33,444 nucleotides of DNA from Betaproteobacteria bacterium (GTDB lineage Bacteria; Pseudomonadota; Gammaproteobacteria; Burkholderiales; Ga0077523), in contig JAYTTO010000186.1 in NCBI GenBank assembly GCA_043744975.1, forward strand, positions 1 to 33,444, written 5' to 3'. The translations under genes and the position numbers were made by a program. This document shows, in pieces, positions 1-8,419 of the stretch. Position 1 is the first letter of the stretch. Every line of letters begins with the position of its first letter. The notes under the pieces were generated by a model. It saw only the letters and a list, made by a program, of their open reading frames with translations. It ran no database searches and was not told the DNA's origin.

Positions 1-8
1 CGCTTCAT
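1..8 (-). CDS. 5' end of a gene running off the window (MK, then CG = Arg); possibly type IV major pilin
   Basis: Minus strand reads AGGAG-caacac-ATG AAG CG (RBS 15-19, 6-nt spacer), downstream of a sigma54 motif. Pilin identity is inferred only from context. Confidence 0.5.
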
Positions 9-79
9 GTGTTGCTCCTGATGTGGTGGGCGGTGAAGATGACCTGGAACACGAACGGGCACTGTGCGGCGGGACTAAA

Positions 80-96
80 GGCAAGCGTTATGCCAG
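80..96 (-). promoter_or_regulatory. sigma54 (-24/-12) promoter
   Basis: Minus strand CTGGCATAACGCTTGCC has TGGCA...TTGC with exact GG-N10-GC spacing, about 70 nt upstream of the RBS/ATG at position 8. Confidence 0.75.
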
Positions 97-230
97 TGAC
101 GCGGTCCGCAACCGCAAAACTGCCTCGAAGCGTCAGGGGACGCCCTCCGTGCCAGCATCAGGACCGGCAACGGGCAGGAAAAAGTTTATGCGAGGTTTTC
201 CGGCGAAACTCAGAGGCGCACAAACCTAAC

Positions 231-243
231 TAAACAATAGATT
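231..243 (-). promoter_or_regulatory. possible IHF site
   Basis: AATCTATTGTTTA has one mismatch to WATCAANNNNTTR and lies in an AT-rich patch between the putative enhancer and the sigma54 site. Confidence 0.35.
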
Positions 244-246
244 TTG

Positions 247-283
247 TTTCGCGTCGAGTTGCCGGCGTCTTGCCGACGCGAAA
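247..283. other. inverted repeat (possible terminator-like hairpin for the HD-GYP gene, or a protein-binding site)
   Basis: tttcgcgtcg (247-256) pairs with cgacgcgaaa (274-283), about 40 nt past the HD-GYP stop. No clear U-tract on the minus strand. Confidence 0.35.
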
Positions 284-308
284 ACGCCTGCTACGCAATC
301 GGCAATTC

Positions 309-325
309 CTGACGTTTTCTGTCAG
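309..325. promoter_or_regulatory. palindrome, candidate sigma54-activator (PilR-like) enhancer
   Basis: CTGAC-N7-GTCAG perfect dyad about 215 bp upstream of the sigma54 site; overlaps the HD-GYP stop codon. Confidence 0.35.
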
Positions 326-1986
326 TCGCCGGAATACCCCGGAATTCTCGTCACATCCACCGCGTCGATCTGCTCCGGATCGAGGAACTGTTCGGCATAT
401 CGGAGGTAGACGCGCTGACTCACGAAGATGTCGAAGAGGTCGGGGTCGACGTGGCCGTTGAGCCGAAACTTGCCGAGGATATGGAGCGATTCGGTGAGCG
501 TCTTGCCCTTCTTGTACGGGCGGTCCTTGGCGGTCAGCGCCTCGAAGATGTCGGCGATGCCCATCACCCGCGCCTGGACCGACATCTGGTCGCGCGTGAG
601 TCCGCGCGGATAGCCCTTGCCGTCCATGCGCTCGTGATGGCCGCCGGCGAACTCGGGGACATGACGCAGGTGGCGCGGCCAGGGCAATGCTTCGAGCATC
701 TTGATCGTGACGTCTATGTGGTGGTTGATGATCTGCCGTTCGCCGCTGGTGAGCGTGCCGGCCCGGATGGTGAGGTTCTCGATCTCCTCCGCGGAGAAGA
801 AGTCGACATCCATTCCATCGACATTCCGCCACCGATACTTGAATGAAATCTGGTGGATGCGATCCTGGTCCTCCGGCGACATCGCCTCCGATCCGATATT
901 GCAGTGCCGCACGAAGTCCCGATCGGCATCGATCTCTTCCCCGCGTCGGCGCAGCGATTCGGCAAGCATCGCGGTCTCGGCCCCCGGCTGCCTGATCCCG
1001 GCGAGCCGACGCAGTTGCTCGATCTCGACATCGCGGCGCAGGACCTCGAACCGGGTGTCGATCAGGTGGATGCGGTCGGTGATCGTCTGCAGCTTGGTCG
1101 CCTTGTCGACCACATGGACCGGCGTGGTGACCTTGCCGCAATCGTGCAGCAGGCCGGCGATCTTGAGCTCATAGCGCTCGTTGTCGGTCATGGTCCAGTC
1201 CGCGAGCGGTCCGGACCGGTTCTGGTCGACGGCTTCGGCCAGCAGCATGGTCAGCACCGGCACCCGGTTGCAGTGGCCGCCGGTATAGGGCGACTTGTCG
1301 TCGATGGCCTGGTTGATCAGGTTCACGAACGACTCGAACAGATGCTCGAGCTGCAGGATGAGCAGGCGATTGGTCAGCGCCACGGCGGCCTGCGAAGCGA
1401 GCGACTCGGCCAGGCGCTGGTCGGCCTCGCTGAACGCCACGATCTCGCCGCTGTTGCGGTCGGTGCAATTGATCAGTTGAAGAACCCCGATGATCTCGCC
1501 TTCGTGGTTCTTCATCGGCACGGTCAGGAACGACTTCGAGCGGTAGCCGGTGCGGCTGTCGAACGCCTTGGTCCCGGAGAAATCGAAGCCCTCGGCGGTG
1601 TAGGCATCGGCGATGTTTACCGTGCGGTTGCGCAGCACGGCGTAGGCCGCCACCATCGAGGTGTTCTCGCCACCGTCGGCACTGCGCAGCGGGATCGGGC
1701 CGAACGGCACTTTCGCGCCGGTGGTACCACCCATCGCGATGCCGAGCGACGCAGTCCGGATGATCTCGAAATGCAGCTCGTCCAGGTTTTCGGGATAGCG
1801 GCGGTAGAGCGTCCCGCCGTCCGCGTTGGTGATCTTCTTGGCCGCCACCAGGATGGCCTCGAGCAGGCGGTCGAGGTCCTTTTCCTTGGACAGGGCAATG
1901 CCGACCTCGTTGAGTTCCTCGAGGCGGCGGAACAGATCCGCCGCTGGCGCCGACGTACGGGGCGCAGCCGCTTCGAGCGTGGTCAT
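322..1986 (-). CDS. GAF domain + HD-GYP cyclic dinucleotide phosphodiesterase
   Basis: GAF motif FDSRTGYRSKSFLTVPM...GVLQLIN; YTGGHCNRV, LLHDCGKV, HHERMDGKGYPRGL, DIFEALTAKDRPYK. Confidence 0.92.
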   Translation of the reverse strand: MTTLEAAAPRTSAPAADLFRRLEELNEVGIALSKEKDLDRLLEAILVAAKKITNADGGTLYRRYPENLDELHFEIIRTASLGIAMGGTTGAKVPFGPIPLRSADGGENTSMVAAYAVLRNRTVNIADAYTAEGFDFSGTKAFDSRTGYRSKSFLTVPMKNHEGEIIGVLQLINCTDRNSGEIVAFSEADQRLAESLASQAAVALTNRLLILQLEHLFESFVNLINQAIDDKSPYTGGHCNRVPVLTMLLAEAVDQNRSGPLADWTMTDNERYELKIAGLLHDCGKVTTPVHVVDKATKLQTITDRIHLIDTRFEVLRRDVEIEQLRRLAGIRQPGAETAMLAESLRRRGEEIDADRDFVRHCNIGSEAMSPEDQDRIHQISFKYRWRNVDGMDVDFFSAEEIENLTIRAGTLTSGERQIINHHIDVTIKMLEALPWPRHLRHVPEFAGGHHERMDGKGYPRGLTRDQMSVQARVMGIADIFEALTAKDRPYKKGKTLTESLHILGKFRLNGHVDPDLFDIFVSQRVYLRYAEQFLDPEQIDAVDVTRIPGYSGD

Positions 1987-2017
1987 CAGGCCGGAATCGG
2001 ACTGGAGGGGAGGCCGT

Positions 2018-4405
2018 TCACTTGATGCAGACGGCGCGGACCTGCTTCATGTCGGTGACGCCCTGGAGCACCTTCTCGATGCCGTCCTGCTTGAGGGTGC
2101 GCATGCCCTCGGCCAGGGCGGTCGCGACGATCTCGGCCACCCGGGCGTGCTCCTGGATATGCTTCTTGACCATGTCGGAGCCGACCAGCAGCTCGTGCAG
2201 GCCGACCCGGCCCTTGTAGCCGGTGCCGCTGCAGACCTCGCAGCCGACCGGCGAATTCACGGTGATCTGACCGTTCTCGTTGCCGAAGGTCTGCACCCAC
2301 TCGCGGTACACCGCTTCGTAGGCCGCCTTGGGGTCCTTCTTCCATTGCTCGGTGTTGCGCAGCTCCGAGCAGTACTCATCAAGCATGCCCTTCAACTCCT
2401 CTTTGCTGGGAACGTGCGGCGTCTTGCACTTTGCGCACAGCCGCTTGGCCAGGCGCTGGGCCAGCACGCCGAGCAGCGCGTCGGCGAAGTTGAACGGGTC
2501 CATGCCCATGTCGAGCAGGCGGATGACGGATTCCGGCGCGCTGTTGGTGTGCAGGGTGGCGAACACCAGGTGGCCGGTGAGGGAGGCCTCGATGCCGATG
2601 GCGGTGGTCTCCTTGTCGCGCATTTCGCCGACCATGATGATGTCCGGGTCGGCCCGGAGAAACGCCCGCATGGCCGTGGCGAAGTTGAGCCCGGCCTTGG
2701 GGTTCATCTGGACCTGACGCAGGCCTTTCTGGGTGATTTCGACCGGGTCCTCCGCGGTCCAGATCTTGGTTTCCGGGGTGTTGAGGTAGCCCAACACCGA
2801 GTGCAGCGTTGTGGTCTTGCCGGAACCGGTCGGGCCGCAGACGAAGAACAGGCCGTAGGGCTTGGTGACGGTGTCCTTGACGTTCTTGAAGTTGCGCGCC
2901 GACAGGCCCAGCTTCTCGAGCGGGATCGGCTCGCCTGCTGCCAGGATCCGCATCACGATGTCCTCGACGCCGCCGGCCGAGGGAACGGTAGCCACCCGCA
3001 GCTCGATGTCGAGCGGGCCGAACTTGCGGAACTTGATCTTGCCGTCCTGCGGCTTGCGCTTCTCCGAGATGTCGAGATCGCACATGATCTTCAGGCGCGC
3101 GATCAGGGCATTGCGGTACGACGCCGGCACCGAGATGTAGTGCACCAGCGTACCGTCCTTGCGGAACCGCACCTCGGTCTTGGCCTTGCCCGGGAACGGC
3201 TCGATGTGGATGTCGGAGGCGCCCTGGTGGTAGGCGTCGACGATGATCTTGTTGACCAGCTTGACCAACTCGTTGTCCTGCGCCAGCGAGACGTCGTCGG
3301 TGGAAGCGGCGCCACTCTCGTCGGTCTCGTCGTCGAGCTTGCCGAGCAGCTCGCCGATGTCGGCGCCGTCCATCTCGACGCCGTTGCCGCCGAAGAACTG
3401 GTCGAGCGTCGCGCGGAACTCGCGCAGCATGCAGACCCGGTAGCTCACCTTCGAGCGCGGGAATACGTTCGAGACCACCCGCGAGGCACGCAGCCGCTCC
3501 GGGTCGGTAGTGACCACCACGATGCCGTCCTTGTTCTCTTCCAGCGGCACCCAGCCGTTGCTTTCGACGAACTCGCGCTTCAGGTTCTTCAGCAGATCCA
3601 TCGGCTTGATGCGGTCGAGCTTGAGCGGCTCGTAGGGCACGCCGAAGAACCCTGAAAGCGCATCGCCGATCGCTTGCGGCTTGACCTGGAATTCGTCGGT
3701 GAGGACTTCCTCGATGTCGAGGCCTTTGCGGCGCGCCGACCGCGTCGCCAGCTCCATCTCCTCGCCGGACAGGACCGCATTGGCGACCAGCCCGTCGTAC
3801 TTGCCCTTGACGGCGTTCGGCGCCCGCTGCCGCTGCTTGAGCGCGATCGACAGCGTCTCGCACAGATGCGTGACGCCCTCTTCGGCCAGGGTGCCGAAAG
3901 CCTCGTCCGAATGATTGTTGATGATCTGGATGACACCGACCAGTTCGCCGGATCCGACCTCGTTCACCGGCGCGACCAGCATCTGCTTGGTGCGGTAACC
4001 GGTGCGCTTGTCGACTTCTTTGAGGAAGCGCAGCTGCGGGCTCAGGCGCTTCAACTCGGCCTCGTCGTAGACGTCGCGGATGTTGACGAGCTTGCGGGTG
4101 AACGCCACATAGCCCGCGATCGACTGCTCGTTCAGCGGCAGCTTGAGATCCTTGAACGAGGCGAGGCCGGTCTTGACCTTCGAGACAATCGACTGCTTGT
4201 CCTCGGCCAGCGCGTAGATGGTGAGCCGGTCGGCGTCGAACAGCGAGCAGATGTCCTGCGACAGTTCGAGCATGAGTTCATCGATGTTGGCCGTCGCGTG
4301 GATCTTGTTCGTGACCGCCTGCAGCTTGCGCTGGAATTCCAGCCGGCTGCTCATCTCGGCCAGGTTCTGGCTCGACTGGTGCTTTGCTTCGATCACGGAA
4401 CTCAT
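2018..4405 (-). CDS. GAF-fused PilB/GspE-family secretion/pilus ATPase
   Basis: N-terminal GAF (VDKRTGYRTKQMLVAPV); ASDIHIEP, Walker A GPTGSGKTT, Asp box EDPVE, Walker B DPDIIMVGEMRD, His box TGHLVFATLH, Zn cysteines CAKC...CEVC. Confidence 0.93.
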   Translation of the reverse strand: MSSVIEAKHQSSQNLAEMSSRLEFQRKLQAVTNKIHATANIDELMLELSQDICSLFDADRLTIYALAEDKQSIVSKVKTGLASFKDLKLPLNEQSIAGYVAFTRKLVNIRDVYDEAELKRLSPQLRFLKEVDKRTGYRTKQMLVAPVNEVGSGELVGVIQIINNHSDEAFGTLAEEGVTHLCETLSIALKQRQRAPNAVKGKYDGLVANAVLSGEEMELATRSARRKGLDIEEVLTDEFQVKPQAIGDALSGFFGVPYEPLKLDRIKPMDLLKNLKREFVESNGWVPLEENKDGIVVVTTDPERLRASRVVSNVFPRSKVSYRVCMLREFRATLDQFFGGNGVEMDGADIGELLGKLDDETDESGAASTDDVSLAQDNELVKLVNKIIVDAYHQGASDIHIEPFPGKAKTEVRFRKDGTLVHYISVPASYRNALIARLKIMCDLDISEKRKPQDGKIKFRKFGPLDIELRVATVPSAGGVEDIVMRILAAGEPIPLEKLGLSARNFKNVKDTVTKPYGLFFVCGPTGSGKTTTLHSVLGYLNTPETKIWTAEDPVEITQKGLRQVQMNPKAGLNFATAMRAFLRADPDIIMVGEMRDKETTAIGIEASLTGHLVFATLHTNSAPESVIRLLDMGMDPFNFADALLGVLAQRLAKRLCAKCKTPHVPSKEELKGMLDEYCSELRNTEQWKKDPKAAYEAVYREWVQTFGNENGQITVNSPVGCEVCSGTGYKGRVGLHELLVGSDMVKKHIQEHARVAEIVATALAEGMRTLKQDGIEKVLQGVTDMKQVRAVCIK

Positions 4406-4428
4406 GGCTTCATCCTCGGCGTAAACCC

Positions 4429-4452
4429 GGCTGCCGGACTACCCCGGCAGCC
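4429..4452. other. GC-rich hairpin in the leader of the GAF-ATPase gene
   Basis: ggctgccgg (4429-4437) pairs perfectly with ccggcagcc (4444-4452); no U-tract. Confidence 0.35.
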
Positions 4453-4533
4453 CTTGCCATCGCCGCGTCGCAGCTCTGGCCACATGATTCTAATCCCCGT
4501 CGATCCCGCCCATGCTTCCAATAGAAGGGAGTT

Positions 4534-5298
4534 TCAGAACTTGAACACGTGACCGTTGGCGAGCATGCGGGGATTGAACTGTCCGGCGCACTCTTCGACC
4601 TCGGCCATGGTGAGGGCGCCTTCGCCCGGCTTGAGATGGGTCACGAACACCCGTACCCGCCGCTCCAGCTTGGCCAGTTCGGCCGCCAAGCCGTCCGGCC
4701 AGAGGTGCTTGGACACCAGGGCCAACTCGCGTTCGGCATTGCTGAAAGCCGTCTCGATGATGAGAAAGCGCAGATTGTCGATCTTGTTGACCACGGTCCA
4801 GAGTTCATCGCAGGTGCAGGTATCACCGGTGAACACCAGGCTCGCATCGCCGCTGTCGAGCTGGTAGCCGTTGGCCGGCACCGTATGGCTGGCGGGCAGC
4901 GCGGTGATGCGGCGCCCGCCGAGATCGATGGTTTCTCCCAGCGCCATGGGTTCGAAGCGCAGAAACGGTTCGTTCTCGTTGGGGATCTGGGAGAAATCGG
5001 GCCAGATCTGCCAGTTGAAGATGTGGGCCCGGATGATGGCCAGGGTCGCGGCGGTGGAATGCACCACGATCGGCCGGTTGCGCATGCCGCCCACGGTATC
5101 GACCAGGAACGGCAGCATGGCCAGGTGGTCGAGGTGGCTGTGGGTCAGGAACACGTGATCGATAAGCTGCAGTTCCGCCAGCGTGAGGTCGCCGACGCCG
5201 GTGCCGGCGTCGATGAGCACGTCCTGGTCGAGCAGCATCGAGGTGGTCCGCAGATTGCCCCCGATGCCCCCGCTGCATCCCAACACCCGTATGAGCAT
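4534..5298 (-). CDS. metallo-beta-lactamase-fold 3',5'-cyclic nucleotide phosphodiesterase (class II, CpdP-like)
   Basis: MLIRVLGCSGGIGG start, IDAGTG, THSHLDHL, FTGDT. Start moved to ATG 5298, 2 nt after the cyclase stop. Confidence 0.85.
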   Translation of the reverse strand: MLIRVLGCSGGIGGNLRTTSMLLDQDVLIDAGTGVGDLTLAELQLIDHVFLTHSHLDHLAMLPFLVDTVGGMRNRPIVVHSTAATLAIIRAHIFNWQIWPDFSQIPNENEPFLRFEPMALGETIDLGGRRITALPASHTVPANGYQLDSGDASLVFTGDTCTCDELWTVVNKIDNLRFLIIETAFSNAERELALVSKHLWPDGLAAELAKLERRVRVFVTHLKPGEGALTMAEVEECAGQFNPRMLANGHVFKF

Positions 5299-5300
5299 GG

Positions 5301-7529
5301 CTATTTGCTGTCGAAGTCGTAGACACCGTCCCAGCCGGGCTGCGGCGGGGACGAGCGGAAGTACGCGATGCGCTCCTGGTACGCGCTGTATAGCTTCACG
5401 CCGGGCTCCATGCGCTGCAGGTTGAGCAGCTGCAGCTCGGCCTTGTCCCAATCCTGCGCGCGGTAGAACTTGAGCACTTGCTGGAACAGCTTCAACCGGT
5501 CATGAACATCCTTGCCGACCGCCGACTGCAGACCGATCGGTTCGAAGATCGCGACCGGCGCGTCCTTGCCCTTGACCCGCACGCGGTCGAGTTCGCGGAA
5601 CACGACCTCCGGCACGGCGGACTTGGTGCTTTCGGCGACGATCATGGTCACGCCATAGCGCTTGGTGATGCTCTCCAGCCGCGAGGCGAGATTCACCGCA
5701 TCGCCCATGACAGTGTAGGCCATGCGCAGCTCCGAACCCATGTTGCCGACATTCATGCGCCCACTGTTGACGCCGACGCCGATCTTGAGCGGTGGCCAGC
5801 CCCGGGCCACGAACTCTGGTTCGAGCGCCGCCAATCTGGTCTGCATCTCGAGGCCGGCCAGCACCGCGTGGCGTGCGTGATCGGGGTCGTCGATCGGGGC
5901 GCCCCAGAAGGCCATGATCGCATCGCCCATGTACTTGTCGACCGTACCGCGCTTGCCGTAGATGACCCGCGTCATCGGCGTCAGGTAGGCGTTCATCAGC
6001 TGCGACAGTGCCTTCGGTTCCAGACCTTCCGATATCGTCGTGAAGCTGCGGACATCGGAGAACAGGACCGAGAGTTCGCGGCTCTCGCCTTCCAGCGAAT
6101 ACTGGTCCGGGTTGCGGCTCATCTCCTCGGCGATCTCGGGCGGCACGTACTGGCCGAAGCGATCGGTGATCTTGCGCTTCGCCCGCGACTCGACGAAGTA
6201 GCCGTAGGACATGTTGAGGGCCCACAGGACGGCTGTCAGCAACAGGCCCGACGCCAGCGGCAGCACCAGGTTGCCATTGCTCCACACTGCCAGGTTGAGC
6301 GCGAACACCGCACCAAGCAGGGCGATGGTGGCAACGGTGGCGCGTATCGGCGACAGAAACGGCAACCCGATTGCAAGCGCCAGCCCGATCAGGCTGAGCA
6401 GTACCACTTCGGCGCCCAGCACGTAGGGCGGCTTCTGCTTGATATTGCCGTCGAGCATGCCCACGATCAGGTTGGCGTGGATCTCGACCCCGGGGTAGAG
6501 CGGCGCCACCGGGGTGGACCGCAAGTCCTGCAGCCCCGGGGCGGTGGTGCCGACCAGCACGACGCGGTCCTTGAGGATCTCCGGGGCGACGCGGTCGCGC
6601 AACACGTCGGTGGCCGACACGTATGGGAAGCTGCGCTCCGGACCGCGATACGGCACCAGGGCACGGACCTGCTCGTCGACCGGGACGCGCAGGGGGCCGA
6701 TTTCGAGCCATTCCAGGCCGGGATACCCCTTGGTGAAGACGCTATCGGTCGGATAGCCCGGCTTGACCTGAGGTGACTGCAGCAGCAGCCGCGTCACCGC
6801 CAGCGCCAGCGGTTCGTAGTAGGCCCCCTTGTACTCCGCCAGCATCGGGACGCTGCGATGGACGCCGTCGACATCGGTCGCCGGGGTGAAGTGACCGCCG
6901 CCGGCCGCCGCCGCCTGGAGCTCTGCCAGGTTGCCTCCATAGCCCGGGAAGGTGGTGAACTTGATGCTGCGGCCGCCGAAGGTGCCGGCCGGCAGGACCG
7001 GCTTCGGGATCGCGCCGATCGCCACGCCTTCGGTACCCTGGGGCGCGAGGTTGGTGAAGTAGAAACCGAGGATGACCGGCCGCCCCTTGAGTTGCTCGGC
7101 GAGCAGCCGGTCGTACTCCAGCTTCGGCGCAATGGCATCGAGGGCGGCATGAAACTGGGCATCGGCCCGCAGTTCGCCCTGTTCGAGCCCACGCAGGATG
7201 CCGAGACCCGAGCTCTCGTCGCGTTCGGCGAACACGACGTCGAAACCGAGCACGCTGATGTGGTATTTGTCGAAGAGCTTGCCCACCAGGTCGGCGATGC
7301 GATCCCGGCGCCACGGCCAGCGACCCTCCTCCGCCAAGCTCTTCTCGTCGATGTCGACGATGACCACGCGCGGGTCGACGGTGCGCGGCATGGTGAGCAG
7401 CAGCCGCGCGTCGTAGGCAAAGGCTTCGAGCCGCTCGATGAAGCCGAAGCGCGCAATGCCGGCGGCGTGCACCAGGAAGAAGGCGACGACGGCGAGGCCG
7501 AGGACGATGCGCGCAGCGTGTTTCTTCAA
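5301..7529 (-). CDS. CHASE2-domain class III adenylate cyclase with TPR-like C-terminal tail
   Basis: CHASE2 (IDEKSL...WPWRR, PGVEIHA), 3 TM helices, LFSDVRSFTTISE, DKYMGDAIMAFWGAP, YTVMGDAVNLASRLE; TTG start. Confidence 0.92.
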   Translation of the reverse strand: MKKHAARIVLGLAVVAFFLVHAAGIARFGFIERLEAFAYDARLLLTMPRTVDPRVVIVDIDEKSLAEEGRWPWRRDRIADLVGKLFDKYHISVLGFDVVFAERDESSGLGILRGLEQGELRADAQFHAALDAIAPKLEYDRLLAEQLKGRPVILGFYFTNLAPQGTEGVAIGAIPKPVLPAGTFGGRSIKFTTFPGYGGNLAELQAAAAGGGHFTPATDVDGVHRSVPMLAEYKGAYYEPLALAVTRLLLQSPQVKPGYPTDSVFTKGYPGLEWLEIGPLRVPVDEQVRALVPYRGPERSFPYVSATDVLRDRVAPEILKDRVVLVGTTAPGLQDLRSTPVAPLYPGVEIHANLIVGMLDGNIKQKPPYVLGAEVVLLSLIGLALAIGLPFLSPIRATVATIALLGAVFALNLAVWSNGNLVLPLASGLLLTAVLWALNMSYGYFVESRAKRKITDRFGQYVPPEIAEEMSRNPDQYSLEGESRELSVLFSDVRSFTTISEGLEPKALSQLMNAYLTPMTRVIYGKRGTVDKYMGDAIMAFWGAPIDDPDHARHAVLAGLEMQTRLAALEPEFVARGWPPLKIGVGVNSGRMNVGNMGSELRMAYTVMGDAVNLASRLESITKRYGVTMIVAESTKSAVPEVVFRELDRVRVKGKDAPVAIFEPIGLQSAVGKDVHDRLKLFQQVLKFYRAQDWDKAELQLLNLQRMEPGVKLYSAYQERIAYFRSSPPQPGWDGVYDFDSK

Positions 7530-7614
7530 GTAGCCCCCGTATCAGTCTCGATGCGCCGCTGCCGACGAACCCGGGCTTAAGGCGGGGGCTGTCGCGGTCG
7601 GCTTGCCCGGGAAC

Positions 7615-8403
7615 TCAGGCTGCCGGCCTGAAGAAGAACTCCATCTTCACCCCGGCGAGTTCGATCACGTCGTGATCCCTCAACTGGTGGGCCTGGCCGT
7701 CGAGCGACTGGCCGTTGAGGATCGGCATCGTGGTGCCTTCGACGTGGGTGATGAAGTAGCCTTGGGGCCGTTTGGCGATGACCGCGACCTGGACGCCGGG
7801 CTTGCCGAGGGTCGTCAGGGACTTCACGAGCGGCAGTTCCTTGCCGGCATTGGGGCCGGACAGGATCTGGATGACCCCTTGAGGTCCGGCCTGAACCGGC
7901 GGAGCCGACGGCGGCGGGGGGGGCGGGGGCATGCTTGCGCCCGCCATGTTGCGCCCCGCGTTGATCTGGGTGTCGGTGAGACGGGCGGCGGGCGGGAGGG
8001 TTCCGTTCCCGACGGCCGTGGTGGTGTCGCCAGTACGGGTCTCCGCGGCCGGGGCGCGCGGCGGCGCCCGCAGCACCATGGTCTTTTCGAAGTCGGCGGC
8101 CGTCGTGCCAGAGGATGATTCGTTGGCGTAGCGCAGCTTGTACTTGCCGATCTCGACCGTGTCGCCGTTCTGCAGGAAGTGCTTCTTGACCGGTTGTCCG
8201 TTGACCAGCGTCCCGTTGGTGCTGCCCAGATCCTCGAGGAACGAGTCGTTCAGGATGGTCACGATGGCGGCATGCTCGCCGCTGACCGCAAGGTTCTCGA
8301 TCGGGATGTCGTTGTGGGCCTTGCGGCCGATCGTGGTGCGCTCCTTGGTCAGCGTGTATTCCTTCAGCACCACACCGTCGAGCGTGAGAGTCAGCTTAGC
8401 CAT
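7615..8403 (-). CDS. FHA-domain protein (canonical N-terminal FHA, Pro-rich linker, degenerate C-terminal FHA)
   Basis: IGRKAHNDI...VSGEHA...DLGSTNGT; the second domain retains ILNG...LRDHDVIELAG but has LGK and no SxxH. Confidence 0.9.
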   Translation of the reverse strand: MAKLTLTLDGVVLKEYTLTKERTTIGRKAHNDIPIENLAVSGEHAAIVTILNDSFLEDLGSTNGTLVNGQPVKKHFLQNGDTVEIGKYKLRYANESSSGTTAADFEKTMVLRAPPRAPAAETRTGDTTTAVGNGTLPPAARLTDTQINAGRNMAGASMPPPPPPPSAPPVQAGPQGVIQILSGPNAGKELPLVKSLTTLGKPGVQVAVIAKRPQGYFITHVEGTTMPILNGQSLDGQAHQLRDHDVIELAGVKMEFFFRPAA

Positions 8404-8419
8404 AGCACCATCCCTGTAT

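Noticed and set aside
140-155. Second sigma54-like sequence TGGCACGGAGGGCGT (minus strand)
   Set aside because: Good -24 element, but GT instead of GC at -12.
9-233. Short plus-strand ORFs 9..233 and 23..229
   Set aside because: No recognisable motifs, and they overlie the minus-strand promoter/leader region.
322-7529. Cyclase/PDE/ATPase set as an anti-phage system (Pycsar/CBASS-like)
   Set aside because: The cyclase is a membrane CHASE2 class IIIb enzyme with adenine-specifying residues; no CD-NTase or toxic effector is present, and composition matches the core genome.
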